27,964 nt of DNA from a virus (lineage: Duplodnaviria > Caudoviricetes): the IMG/VR virus record IMGVR_UViG_3300017648_000013, positions 1 through 27,964 of that record. One strand, 5' to 3'. The position numbers and the translations under genes are program-made. The notes under the pieces were generated by a model. It ran no database searches and was not told where the DNA came from. It saw only the letters and a list, made by a program, of their open reading frames with translations. Below, piece by piece: positions 5,513-14,969 of the stretch. Within the stretch, counting starts at the first letter, position 1, and the number at the start of each line of letters is the position of its first letter.

Positions 5513-8209
5513 TCACGTATTGTCACTGAAAATCAGGGTCGCAGCATCGAGGTTGAAAACAACGTTGCCCGCAAATGACCTGATGATGCCCGAGTACAGT
5601 TCCGCCACACGGCCAACCATCATCGTCGCCTCACCATTGATGAAGGTGAACGGTGCCTTGCTATTGATGCCGTTCGTCAAAATGAGCTGATCTGCATTCA
5701 TCACAATCCGGCTTTGACCGCCCGTCAGCGCATCAAGGAAGATCGCCGCCTGTGAAGTTGAACCGTTGCCGGATGCGGCCACACTGAGACCGATACGGGC
5801 CAAGGCCCCGGCGGGCGTGGCTTCCACTGTTGTTCGGAAAAGCCCAGACGCCGAGAAGTTACCCACGGTTGCCGTCAGGCCAGTCACAGCGTTAGCCGTG
5901 GCGGTCAGAACGCCGTCCATTGTGGTGACCTTGACCTGCAATAGATCAACGGCACTCGCGGTCGCTTCCAGACCCGTTACCGGGTCATTGACGACAGCTT
6001 CCAGACTTTCAATCCGGGTTACGATTGCCGAACCGGATCCGATGGCGACTTCAATCGCTCTTGTGTAGGAAGCAGTCAGTCCTTCGGCGGTAACAGACGC
6101 CTCCTCGCGAAGCGTCTTTATCGCTATCAGGTTCGCACTGTCCTGCTCGCTCGCCTGTGCCCCGATACGGTCAAGCTCTTCCTGAACATATCGGAAGCTG
6201 TCACCGATCCATTGCCAGTTTCGTTGAATGTCTTCGTTCAACTGGTCGATGTCGATTGGATAGATATCGAGCGGCCCAAGCCGGATATCCAGCATCGTGA
6301 CAGGTATCCAGTCCGACCATTCGAACGGGCGGTTCCCGGCATATGTCGCGTATCTGGCGCGGATTTGATACGACTTCGTGGGAAGTAGCAGCATCCCCGG
6401 AGCCACGAGCATCGATCCGACAGAAACCCGTTCGGTGCGGCCTGCGAAGATAACGGACAAATCCCAAGCCGTTCTGATCTCGTACATAACCAGATCGACA
6501 TCGGGTTGGTCGCCATCCCATCCAAGCAGGATCGCGCACCGGCGGTTGTTTCCGTTGTCGTCCTGAGCCACCGATGCGATGGCCGAGAAATCGACAATTG
6601 GCTGAGGCAATGGCCGGATTGGCCCGAGATAACCCACGGAAGTAGGCAACTCATCGGTAGCTGGCGTCCAGTTGTAATCAGCTGGGTCGACTTCGCGGAT
6701 TGCAACCGACTGGTTGACGTTCTCCAGATCGTCCATGCTCTCCAGGTCGAAGAGCTTGTTCTCGTATCCGTTACGGACACTCGACCACGAAACAACGTCT
6801 AGAGGTTCCAATTCGACCGCCTCAGGCGGCAGAGTAAACTTGTGCGATCGGAAACGCCGGTTTGTCTCAACAAGGGCTTTGCCGAGTCTTTGGTTCTGGT
6901 ACCGAAACGGCGAATACTCGAACTGAACATCAGCCATCAGACGGCGATTGTCGTCTTGTGCCTCATACTCCGGGAAATATCGAGGCGGCGCTTCCTTGTT
7001 CTCCCACGCTGCATCAGGATCCGGATAGATGACGTTCACACCGTTATAGATCGTTTCCAACCCCGGAAAAGGCTCATAGCTCTGGCCCGACGTGATGGCG
7101 ATGCTTTCATCCGTGAACGCATAGACCGGCAGACCGGGCGCACCGACGCGAATCTTGTAGACGCCGCCGATCTCGGCCATCTTGCCGTTGCAGACCTTCA
7201 GAAGACGCTCGATCACGTCGAGCGGCTCTTCGTTCAGTCTGATTTCAGCGCCACAGCGGAACTGCTTCTCGGTCGGAACTTCTGCACCCGGCACAAGTCG
7301 GTCACATTCATTCATCGCCGCGAACCAATTGGAAAGCGGAAGACGAGTGAGCGGAACCTGCCCTCCCCAGATCCGCTGACCGTCGTAGTAGATGCCTCGG
7401 AGTATGTTGTAGATCACAACTGCCGGGTTATCCGAGAACTCCCACGTTGACGGATCGGACCAACGATGTGAACCGGACCCGCCAACGGTGCTGTCCTTTC
7501 GCGGATCGTAAAGGCGGATGCCCTGAACTTCGAATTTGCACTGTGGTGGGCCAGTGAAAAGCTCCTCCTCGACCTGAGCCGTGATGACGACATAGGCGAT
7601 TCCGCGACCGATCATGTCGGCTGTCCATGGACGCTGGCTATCGCTGCCGAACTCACGGACAAGCAGGCTGTCGGCTACTGTTTCGTTGCCGAGATGAGCC
7701 TTCCACCAATAATGGTTGTTGTCGCCATCCTTACGATAGGCATAGATCGGGAATCCCCAATCGCCGTACGACGTATCACTGAGCTCCGCGACGGTCTTCT
7801 CGCCATTCGTCCAGAACGCATTGCTGACGGACGTTACCGGCAGATCAGACAGGCTGATAACCTGTGTCAGGTAGGCATTCGGCGTTTTACCAGCCTTGCC
7901 CCACGTGTTGACGTATTCAAGGCTGCCAGCAGTCGCATATGTGCCGACGATGAAGGAGAGCGGGTTATCACCGCCAACCTGTATCTGACCCTGTACGCCT
8001 CGCGGTTCCTGGCTCTTCTGGCGAGCCCGTTCCAGCAACGACAGCCCGACCTTGAGAGCAATGCCAAGCACGAACTGCCCGAGCGCACCCATGGCGCCGA
8101 TAGACGATGCAATCGCGCCGACGGCAGCCGCCACCGGTCCAGCATGGGCGAGCGACATCGCCGCCAGCATGAACCATACGGCGTAGAACAGAAAGCGAAG
8201 TGATTTCAT
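5513..8209 (-). CDS. central tail fibre / tip attachment protein (lambda J-like)
   Basis: 898 aa; LYDPRKDSTVGGSG..R...TW.FSDNPA motif, FN3-like segment, coiled coil, and a C-terminal beta region (IVMNADQ...PF). Confidence 0.85.
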   Translation of the reverse strand: MKSLRFLFYAVWFMLAAMSLAHAGPVAAAVGAIASSIGAMGALGQFVLGIALKVGLSLLERARQKSQEPRGVQGQIQVGGDNPLSFIVGTYATAGSLEYVNTWGKAGKTPNAYLTQVISLSDLPVTSVSNAFWTNGEKTVAELSDTSYGDWGFPIYAYRKDGDNNHYWWKAHLGNETVADSLLVREFGSDSQRPWTADMIGRGIAYVVITAQVEEELFTGPPQCKFEVQGIRLYDPRKDSTVGGSGSHRWSDPSTWEFSDNPAVVIYNILRGIYYDGQRIWGGQVPLTRLPLSNWFAAMNECDRLVPGAEVPTEKQFRCGAEIRLNEEPLDVIERLLKVCNGKMAEIGGVYKIRVGAPGLPVYAFTDESIAITSGQSYEPFPGLETIYNGVNVIYPDPDAAWENKEAPPRYFPEYEAQDDNRRLMADVQFEYSPFRYQNQRLGKALVETNRRFRSHKFTLPPEAVELEPLDVVSWSSVRNGYENKLFDLESMDDLENVNQSVAIREVDPADYNWTPATDELPTSVGYLGPIRPLPQPIVDFSAIASVAQDDNGNNRRCAILLGWDGDQPDVDLVMYEIRTAWDLSVIFAGRTERVSVGSMLVAPGMLLLPTKSYQIRARYATYAGNRPFEWSDWIPVTMLDIRLGPLDIYPIDIDQLNEDIQRNWQWIGDSFRYVQEELDRIGAQASEQDSANLIAIKTLREEASVTAEGLTASYTRAIEVAIGSGSAIVTRIESLEAVVNDPVTGLEATASAVDLLQVKVTTMDGVLTATANAVTGLTATVGNFSASGLFRTTVEATPAGALARIGLSVAASGNGSTSQAAIFLDALTGGQSRIVMNADQLILTNGINSKAPFTFINGEATMMVGRVAELYSGIIRSFAGNVVFNLDAATLIFSDNT

Positions 8210-8211
8210 TG

Positions 8212-8631
8212 CTAAATCCGGAATGCCCTTTCGGCAGTCAGAAGATCAACCGTTCCGAGCCCGGAGGCATCAGGACGAAGCACAAAGATACGTGGTCCGT
8301 TCACCACACCGAGTGCCCACAAGGCACTGTCATTGATACGAACGGCGGCGATATCGCCGACAGCCGCATGAGAGGGATGGATTTCCTCGAATTGTGAGGC
8401 TGCAAGTTCTGCATGGTTCTCGAAGCCGTCTTTTCGAAGCAGACGCAAACCGCCAATAAGCGTCTTGTAGCGGCCGCGGTACTTTTCCGCAGGATCGTAT
8501 CCTGTCATCTCCAAAACCGCGCCAGCGGCCCATAAAGCGCAATCGTGTTGACCCCAGACGAAGGGCTTTGCCATCCCCGAATGAACATAGTCATTCAGAG
8601 TTGTTCGCCAGTTAGTGAAGCGTTCAGCCAT
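8212..8631 (-). CDS. NlpC/P60-like tail-associated protein
   Basis: PFVWGQHDCALWAA motif, GDIA motif, and position within the tail-tip cluster. Confidence 0.8.
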   Translation of the reverse strand: MAERFTNWRTTLNDYVHSGMAKPFVWGQHDCALWAAGAVLEMTGYDPAEKYRGRYKTLIGGLRLLRKDGFENHAELAASQFEEIHPSHAAVGDIAAVRINDSALWALGVVNGPRIFVLRPDASGLGTVDLLTAERAFRI

Positions 8632-9256
8632 TGACCTTGCCCTTCTTCTGGCCCCAGAAAAATTCCCACTGTCCGGCGACATCTGAATAACGACGGAACC
8701 GGTCGCCGTTGCGAAGTCGCTGCGAGCCGTCACCGCGTTTGCCTGGATTGGTTTTCGTCAGTGAACGGCTGTGAGAGACACAGTTGATCTTGAGACTGCC
8801 CTCGCCGCCTTTGGCTGCCGTTTCGATCGGTGCACCATTTACGAACCCGAGAAACCGGGATCGAGGCGGAGCAATCAGCAGGCGTGTCTCTGGGTCGAAG
8901 TATCCGCGATGGATCTCGATTGGCTGAAACCGTGGATCATATCCGCGAACAGCCAACTGAACAGTTGGATCGAGATGGCTCAAAGTCAGAGTGACTGTTC
9001 GAACCGTCAGATCGGACACGAGCGGGATCGCCGGGATGTTTACCAGCTTGCCCCATCCGTAATATATCCGTGTCTCTGGCAAGCCCGTTTCACCGCTAAC
9101 AACGCTCAGCGTGACGGTATCCTCGCCGTTCCAGAACCCGAGCGTTTCAACAACTCCTGTTGTCCGGTTCTTCGCCTTCATCCAGACGAAAGAGCGCGGA
9201 ATGACAGGCGCACGGCTCCTTACCTGAGCCGCAACGGCCGGATCGGTATCTCTCAT
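8624..9256 (-). CDS. tail tip / baseplate hub protein (lambda L position)
   Basis: Start MRDTDP with AAGGA SD; C-terminal SQRLRNGDRF...W.FFWG typical of these hubs; synteny. Confidence 0.7.
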   Translation of the reverse strand: MRDTDPAVAAQVRSRAPVIPRSFVWMKAKNRTTGVVETLGFWNGEDTVTLSVVSGETGLPETRIYYGWGKLVNIPAIPLVSDLTVRTVTLTLSHLDPTVQLAVRGYDPRFQPIEIHRGYFDPETRLLIAPPRSRFLGFVNGAPIETAAKGGEGSLKINCVSHSRSLTKTNPGKRGDGSQRLRNGDRFRRYSDVAGQWEFFWGQKKGKVNG

Positions 9257-9266
9257 CTGATGATCC

Positions 9267-9920
9267 TTATGGAATCTGATAGACGCTGAAGGCCATGCCA
9301 TCGGTAAAGAGGTCTTTGGACGATCCCTCATCGAATGAACCGGGCAATATCTTCACTTTGATCGCCGGTTTGATGAATGTGAGCGCCAAACCCGCTGTCA
9401 CACCCGGGCGAAATGGCGGCGCCACTTCAATAGCAGATGTCGTTCCGCCACCGGTGGCTGTGGCGGCTTCAACCAAGCGATGCATGTTGCGCCGAACCGG
9501 ACTTTCACCGTAGTCAAATGCAAACAAATCACCCACCGAAAGCTGGTATCCAGCGGGCAAGCCACTGACTGACAGTGACTTGTTATTGGCCCCAACCGAC
9601 GCGATAGCCGGCGTTGCACTTCCCATGATCGCCCCTGTGGGGTCTTTCGACGGGAAGGCCTTCTGTGGCGCGTAAAGATAGAAGGAACTTAACGCCCCTC
9701 CTAAACTCTCAATCAAAGCTTGAATTGATGCGGCTTGGTCGTGCCGCATCTTTCCAAGCGTTACGTCACCTTCCCACCGTGGCGGGGCCAGATCGGCTGT
9801 AATGACCTCGCCAGAACCAAGACCGGTAGTTTCCTGCTGGAAGGCAAGGCGCCATTTGACTGTCTCGATAGGCAGCTTGTCGGCAAAGGCAGCCAGAGAA
9901 AGTGGAAACGTCAATGCCAT
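9267..9920 (-). CDS. distal tail protein (Dit-like)
   Basis: Start MALTFPLS directly after the tape measure gene; synteny. Confidence 0.7.
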   Translation of the reverse strand: MALTFPLSLAAFADKLPIETVKWRLAFQQETTGLGSGEVITADLAPPRWEGDVTLGKMRHDQAASIQALIESLGGALSSFYLYAPQKAFPSKDPTGAIMGSATPAIASVGANNKSLSVSGLPAGYQLSVGDLFAFDYGESPVRRNMHRLVEAATATGGGTTSAIEVAPPFRPGVTAGLALTFIKPAIKVKILPGSFDEGSSKDLFTDGMAFSVYQIP

Positions 9921-9922
9921 GC

Positions 9923-12421
9923 TTACGCTCCCACCGCTCTCGGGTCCCGACTGATTTGGTTTACTCGACTGGGCAGCATTTGGCTGTCGTACTGGCTGAT
10001 GCCCTCGTTGATCATGGGCGCGGCGGTCTTTTGAGCTACATCTTCGACAAACGGCCTCAGATTGCCGTCTGCGGTACGAGACCACCCGACCGTGACGTGA
10101 ACGCCCTGCGTACCTCCCGATGCCTGGTTGCTATTCGCTTCGCCATAGATGCGAACCGGGATTGAACGGCCGTCCGGCAGCGGTACTGCCGCCTCTGGCC
10201 CACTTTCACCGAAGATGGCAGGTTTGTTCGAGATGCCGCCCTTGGCAAACAAGCCGATAGAACTTGCTCCAACCATGCTGGTCAGGCTGGAGTTCCATCC
10301 ACCGCCGGTTGCGCCAAGAAGATTGCTGAACAGAGAATTGATGGCCTGATCAAGCGCCATGTCCAGCAATTTGTCAGCCAGCTTGGTAAGAGCACCTGTG
10401 AGAGCCTCCAGAGCATCTTTGCCATTCAACATGTCGGAAACGAACGAAGATGCGAAGTCTTTCGTCAAATCCTTGCTGATCTGGAGCTGTTCATTCAGTC
10501 GTATCTGGGTCGCCAGACGTTGACCGGCTGCACTATCCGGATCAATACCCGCCTGACGAAGATCGCCGTACACGCGTTGTTCTGTTGGGCTGCGGAACAT
10601 CTGAGCGCGTTCGAACCGAAGTTCTTCCGCCAACTGAAGTTCGGCAACGCGGGCAGCAACGGCGCCGTACTGTTCAGCAAGCTTTTCAAGTTCCGCCCGC
10701 TGTGCAGCGGTAATCGTCCGACCCTTGTCCTGCGCCTTCTGGAGCAGTTCGAGCTTGAAGCGCATTGTATCTGCGGCGACACCGGTTTTGCCGACAAGTT
10801 GTTCTTCAAGTTCAAGCTGTTGGATACGATCCTTTGCAGACTTGATTAGGTCTCGATAGGCTCGCGCAGCCCGTTCGGCTTCCTTGCTGGTTTCAGCGAG
10901 TTTCTTGGCTACTCCAGCATCACCCGACAAATCTACGTTGTCATTGGCAGCCTGAAACTCCTTGAAAGCATCGGCGAACTTCTTCCCAGCCTCATCGAAA
11001 TAAATGCTCGAATAAGCACCGAAATCCTTACTGGCTTCGCGCAGACTGTCGATCTGATCGCCAAAACCGGTGAAAGTGGCGCCAAACAGTCCGGCAATCG
11101 ATCCAAACGTGTCCTGTGTAGCCTGGAGGATAGACGCCATAGATTCCGACCACGCGGATTTCATCAAATCAGTCAGCCCGAGAAAGACGTTCTGAATGCC
11201 TTCCATCAGCGTTTTCATTCGAGAGGCTACGAGAGCGAACGCTTCGCCCCAACTGTCGGATGCTTCGCGAGCCTTGAGCAGTTGATAGACGAACTCGCCC
11301 AGAGCAACCGCAATCGCACCAATACCCGTTCGAACTAGTGCAGCCCTGAGCAAGCTTAGCGCGCCTGTAAGCCCCATGGTCGCCAAGCGCGCTGCGACGA
11401 ATGCGGCGACGTATCCCGTCCCGTAGAGCGTCACGGCAGTGCCGGTGATCACAATCAGTCTGTCCATGTTGTCAGCGACTTTGATCAGCATCTCCGCAAA
11501 CGTGCCGGAAATGTTGTTCGCCTGATCAAACACACCTACCGCACGGAGAATGCTGTTGCCGATAAGCGTGAATGCGTCCCCGATTGTCGCAGGCATGCTG
11601 TCGGCTTCTTCGTTTAGCCGTTCGAGGTTCTTAAGAAGTACGTCGGCAATGATATCGCCGGTGATCTTTCCCTTTTGACCGAGCTGCAGAAGTCCGCCAG
11701 TCGTCGTCTTGAAACGTTCAGCGAGCAATTCCGCCAATCGGCCACCGGTAGCGATCACAGTATTCAGGTTATCGCCCGACAGCTTGCCAAGAGCCATAGC
11801 TTTAGCCATGGCATTCTGAACACTTGCTGCCTGCTGGCCTTTTGCACCCGAAACCACGAGCGCATTGTTCAGCGCCGCCGTATAATCCAGCGTCTGCTTG
11901 GTCGAATAGCCCAACTCACGCATGATGGAAGCGTTGGCGATGTAGCTTTCTGTGGTCTGCGCAATGCTCGAATAGGTGCGACGGGCGATTTCTGACAGGC
12001 GCTCCATCACGGCAGAGCCCTTTTCAATCGAACCAGCCGCGAGATTCACTCGCGAGGTCAGGTCCGACCATCCGTCCACCATGTCGATAATTGCCTTGAC
12101 GCTGAATGCAGCCCCGACTGAAGTGAGGGCTGTTCGCAAAAGTTTCATCGCCTGCGACGAACCGTTTACGGATTGGTTCAGTTTTTCTGTCGCACGCGAT
12201 GCTTGTTCAGCGTTCGAGAATATTGATAAGAACCCGCTACCCACTTTCGAAATCGCGCCACCTAGAGATTGTGCAAATCTCTGCATCTTCTCGATTGTCG
12301 CTTGAAGTTTGCTCGTCGCGCGCTCTGCTTTTCCTGCATTGCCGGAAAATTCGTTTAGGTTGCGACTTGCACGATCTACTTGACTGGTATCGACAGCCAA
12401 ACCAAGAGTAGCAAGATCCAT
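9923..12421 (-). CDS. tail tape measure protein (832 aa)
   Basis: Start MDLATLGLAVD; Ala/Gly-rich helical sequence, tape-measure domain, hydrophobic mid-segment, FAKGG...GESGPEAAVPL motif. Confidence 0.92.
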   Translation of the reverse strand: MDLATLGLAVDTSQVDRASRNLNEFSGNAGKAERATSKLQATIEKMQRFAQSLGGAISKVGSGFLSIFSNAEQASRATEKLNQSVNGSSQAMKLLRTALTSVGAAFSVKAIIDMVDGWSDLTSRVNLAAGSIEKGSAVMERLSEIARRTYSSIAQTTESYIANASIMRELGYSTKQTLDYTAALNNALVVSGAKGQQAASVQNAMAKAMALGKLSGDNLNTVIATGGRLAELLAERFKTTTGGLLQLGQKGKITGDIIADVLLKNLERLNEEADSMPATIGDAFTLIGNSILRAVGVFDQANNISGTFAEMLIKVADNMDRLIVITGTAVTLYGTGYVAAFVAARLATMGLTGALSLLRAALVRTGIGAIAVALGEFVYQLLKAREASDSWGEAFALVASRMKTLMEGIQNVFLGLTDLMKSAWSESMASILQATQDTFGSIAGLFGATFTGFGDQIDSLREASKDFGAYSSIYFDEAGKKFADAFKEFQAANDNVDLSGDAGVAKKLAETSKEAERAARAYRDLIKSAKDRIQQLELEEQLVGKTGVAADTMRFKLELLQKAQDKGRTITAAQRAELEKLAEQYGAVAARVAELQLAEELRFERAQMFRSPTEQRVYGDLRQAGIDPDSAAGQRLATQIRLNEQLQISKDLTKDFASSFVSDMLNGKDALEALTGALTKLADKLLDMALDQAINSLFSNLLGATGGGWNSSLTSMVGASSIGLFAKGGISNKPAIFGESGPEAAVPLPDGRSIPVRIYGEANSNQASGGTQGVHVTVGWSRTADGNLRPFVEDVAQKTAAPMINEGISQYDSQMLPSRVNQISRDPRAVGA

Positions 12422-12444
12422 GTCACACCTATTCGGGGGATTAA

Positions 12445-12789
12445 ATGAAAACGGCTCTGATTGTCTCCGTTGCGCTTCTCGCCTCACCGGCATTTGCCGA
12501 TGACGCCGCAACAAAGATTGGCGAGCAAGCTCGGAAGTGCTGGAATATGCCGTCTGGCGTTGCTGGTCGCGGCTATTCGGCAACTCTTGAGGTTGAGTTC
12601 GACAAAGACGGTAAAGTCGTAGACATCACTGCGAAGAAGTATCCGAAAGATGCCGTGGGCAAGACCTTCGCACTTTCTGCAACGCGGGCCATCGAACGCT
12701 GCGCCCCGTACACCAATGCTCCTGTTGGAAGGGCCATGATTACTTTTAAGGAATCGGATCAGACCAAACAGATAAACCCGTTCAAGTGA
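12445..12789 (+). CDS. secreted protein resembling the TolA/TonB C-terminal domain (moron)
   Basis: Signal peptide ending AFA; KCWNMP...V.FDKDG.V...A.SA.RAIERCAPY matches the pattern of alphaproteobacterial TolA domain III as recalled. Confidence 0.65.
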   Translation: MKTALIVSVALLASPAFADDAATKIGEQARKCWNMPSGVAGRGYSATLEVEFDKDGKVVDITAKKYPKDAVGKTFALSATRAIERCAPYTNAPVGRAMITFKESDQTKQINPFK

Positions 12790-12792
12790 CCT

Positions 12793-13329
12793 ATGGTTTT
12801 GACAGCAAAACAGCGTGTCGATGCTTTTCTGCCATTCGCTGAGGAATCAGTGTTGGCTTTGAAGCTGATCCACGAAGCTCAGATCCCAACAATCGCGATG
12901 CTCCTATCGTTCTGTATAACTCACCATCCTCGTGAAGTTGCCAGCAAGTACAGGAAGCGCGGTGAGCAATTAACCACGGCAGAAAAAAAGGCACTTGGCC
13001 TCCGCTCAAACGCGTTCTTTTCGCGTGACGCGCTTAATGCGCTTACTGACAAAGGGCGATTAAGGCCGAAAGACTCATTCGAGACGACGCTATTGCGAGG
13101 TGTTTTTTCTCATTCGCGCGCACGATCTATCGGCTCGACGACTGGCATCGATCATGCCTATTTGAAATACTCCAGCATGTTCAATGATTGTCCGACCTGT
13201 AAACAGCTACACGATACGAAAATCGTTATGGAAACTGCCACTTGGCTGCCTCCAGCTGGATGTGTTCGTGAGGCATGCGGAATACAGATCAGAATGAATA
13301 TCGACTTTTTAGCGGAGTGGGGTGACTAA
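12793..13329 (+). CDS. hypothetical protein with C-terminal Cys cluster (moron)
   Basis: 178 aa, 3 nt after the previous gene; CPTC...LPPAGC...C putative metal-binding motif. Confidence 0.65.
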   Translation: MVLTAKQRVDAFLPFAEESVLALKLIHEAQIPTIAMLLSFCITHHPREVASKYRKRGEQLTTAEKKALGLRSNAFFSRDALNALTDKGRLRPKDSFETTLLRGVFSHSRARSIGSTTGIDHAYLKYSSMFNDCPTCKQLHDTKIVMETATWLPPAGCVREACGIQIRMNIDFLAEWGD

Positions 13330-13334
13330 GACAT

Positions 13335-13694
13335 TCAAAACAACGCGTCGAATAACCCTTCGCTAAGCTTCCGATGCTGAACGACTGGCTTTTGCTGCCC
13401 TGTCTTATTCTCCTTTGCTCGCCAGAGGGTCATCACTGCCATATCGATCTCTCGGATGAGTTCTCTTTCCCACGGGCGGATATCTAATCCGGCACCGCGG
13501 GAGAGAGCATCGATCTCAAGCCATGTAATCGGACAGGCGACAAAGCCGATCTGCCGGCTGGCATTCAGTTCCATGAACCAAGCCCAGATATAGCCAAGCC
13601 GGTCGGGGAAAGCAGGCAGGTCCGGTTCTGGATTGTCCGCCTGCGCAAATGCTGCCTCCGCAAAGGCTATCAGCTCGTCGCGGAGGGTTTCAAA
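13335..13694 (-). CDS. tail assembly chaperone GT, frameshift-extended part
   Basis: The -1 frame is open from the slippery site: FETLRDELIAFAE...GYIWAWFMELNASRQIG...PITWLEIDA...PWE. Confidence 0.8.
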   Translation of the reverse strand, partial: FETLRDELIAFAEAAFAQADNPEPDLPAFPDRLGYIWAWFMELNASRQIGFVACPITWLEIDALSRGAGLDIRPWERELIREIDMAVMTLWRAKENKTGQQKPVVQHRKLSEGLFDALF

Positions 13695-14080
13695 AAATTT
13701 GCTCGATCCGCGATGAACTCGTCCACCTGGTCTCTGATCCAGGGCAGATCGGTGCGCGAATAGAGCTTCCGGACATTGTCCTTGTTGAACGCCAGTTCTT
13801 CGCCATCAAGAACAATTCCCGACCAGCCCAAAGTACAGGAAATCAGAGTGGTTACGGCTTCTTCTTCAAGCTCGGCGGCAGAAAGCTTTGTTTTGCCCTT
13901 CTGGTTCAGTCGGCGGTCAAGGATGCTCCGTTGCGCCTTGCGGAAGACATCGCTGTCCGTGCCGACCAGAGTGATCGTGATCGGCTTGCCCTTATCGGTC
14001 TTGAGAACCGTCCCTTCAATGGGGTGGCGAAGTTCGAGGGTCTGGCCCTCCTGAGAAACGGCGAGTGATGCGAGGTCCAT
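13670..14080 (-). CDS. tail assembly chaperone G
   Basis: Lies between tail tube and TMP; ends PWIRDQVDEFIADRANFL. Confidence 0.85.
   Translation of the reverse strand: MDLASLAVSQEGQTLELRHPIEGTVLKTDKGKPITITLVGTDSDVFRKAQRSILDRRLNQKGKTKLSAAELEEEAVTTLISCTLGWSGIVLDGEELAFNKDNVRKLYSRTDLPWIRDQVDEFIADRANFLKPSATS
13694..13700 (-). other. programmed -1 ribosomal frameshift slippery heptamer A AAT TTT
   Basis: X XXY YYZ heptamer in the G frame; a -1 shift joins G to the downstream T frame with no stop. Confidence 0.8.
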
Positions 14081-14532
14081 TATGCTGCCACCTTGACGAT
14101 GTTCGAATTGATTTCGAGCGTGGAATTGAGGTTCTGGATGGTGTTGGCTTCGCCGCCGGCCTCTTCAGCACTCATCACGAGGGCGATGAAAAGGCGCTCT
14201 GCGCCGTTCTCGAGTTCGATCTTGAAGGCATAGTTGTTGCGCGTTTGTGCGGCAGCCAGAAGTGCAATCTGGCCGGGGTCGTCATCGAAAATGGCGAAAA
14301 CGTTCTGCATCTGGCCAGCGTTGAACGTGCCTTTCTGCTTGATATCGCGGCCACGGTTGATCAGAGAGGTCGTGATCAGCGCCGCGGTATCGCCTGCTGC
14401 GCCCATCTGCGACCAGCCGTCGATCTCCACCCACGCCTGCGACGTGAAATCGGCCTCAACAAAGTCGGTGGACTTATCGGACAGAACGCCGCCGATAAAG
14501 ATTTTTGATCCTGCGACAGGATAAAGAGCCAT
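14080..14532 (-). CDS. major tail tube protein
   Basis: 150 aa; GDTAALIT...KQKGTFNAGQM...DDPGQIAL; strong SD AGGAGG; synteny. Confidence 0.85.
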   Translation of the reverse strand: MALYPVAGSKIFIGGVLSDKSTDFVEADFTSQAWVEIDGWSQMGAAGDTAALITTSLINRGRDIKQKGTFNAGQMQNVFAIFDDDPGQIALLAAAQTRNNYAFKIELENGAERLFIALVMSAEEAGGEANTIQNLNSTLEINSNIVKVAA

Positions 14533-14555
14533 GACGGCCTCCTATGTTGTGATGT

Positions 14556-14969
14556 TCAGGCGTATGCGACCCATTGAATGGTCACTGGAACTTGAATTCG
14601 GTCGGCTTCCTGAATGGCCGATCCGATATCAGGGCGTTTCATCACCCGTATGTTTCCCGGCGCCATTGGAATGCGCAGGGTATCGTTGAAATGGTCTGCA
14701 ATCTTTTCCGCCGTCTTTCGTGGCGTGATCTCGCCCTGCCCGACTGGATAGACGGCGCTAACCTGCAGAATGCCCATGTATTGGTTGAATCCGCCGTCCT
14801 TGATCGTCAGGCGGGTTGTCGTATTCGGCAGATAGGAAACCCGCAGATACGGACCGGTTGGCGGTGTGAACGCCACATTCGGCCAAGCGATCGGCAATGT
14901 CGGGCTGAGAACGAGCGATGCAAGACGGCTGAACAGCAGGTTCTGGATCGTGCTTTCAACTGCCATCAC
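14556..14969 (-). CDS. tail terminator-like protein
   Basis: IAWPNVAFTPP...YL...GILQVSAVYPVGQG...PVTIQW; position just before the tail tube gene. Confidence 0.8.
   Translation of the reverse strand: MMAVESTIQNLLFSRLASLVLSPTLPIAWPNVAFTPPTGPYLRVSYLPNTTTRLTIKDGGFNQYMGILQVSAVYPVGQGEITPRKTAEKIADHFNDTLRIPMAPGNIRVMKRPDIGSAIQEADRIQVPVTIQWVAYA

Noticed and set aside
3058-8209. Diversity-generating retroelement or invertible fibre cassette
   Set aside because: No reverse transcriptase, invertase, TR/VR repeat pair or flanking inverted sites were seen in the window.
12422-12583. Extended N-termini given by the ORF track (TMP from 12583; similarly 10085, 9331, 8733, 4716, 4451, 3119, 1526, 26196, 26859)
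   Set aside because: They overlap neighbouring genes. Downstream starts have SDs or stop-start coupling and were used instead.
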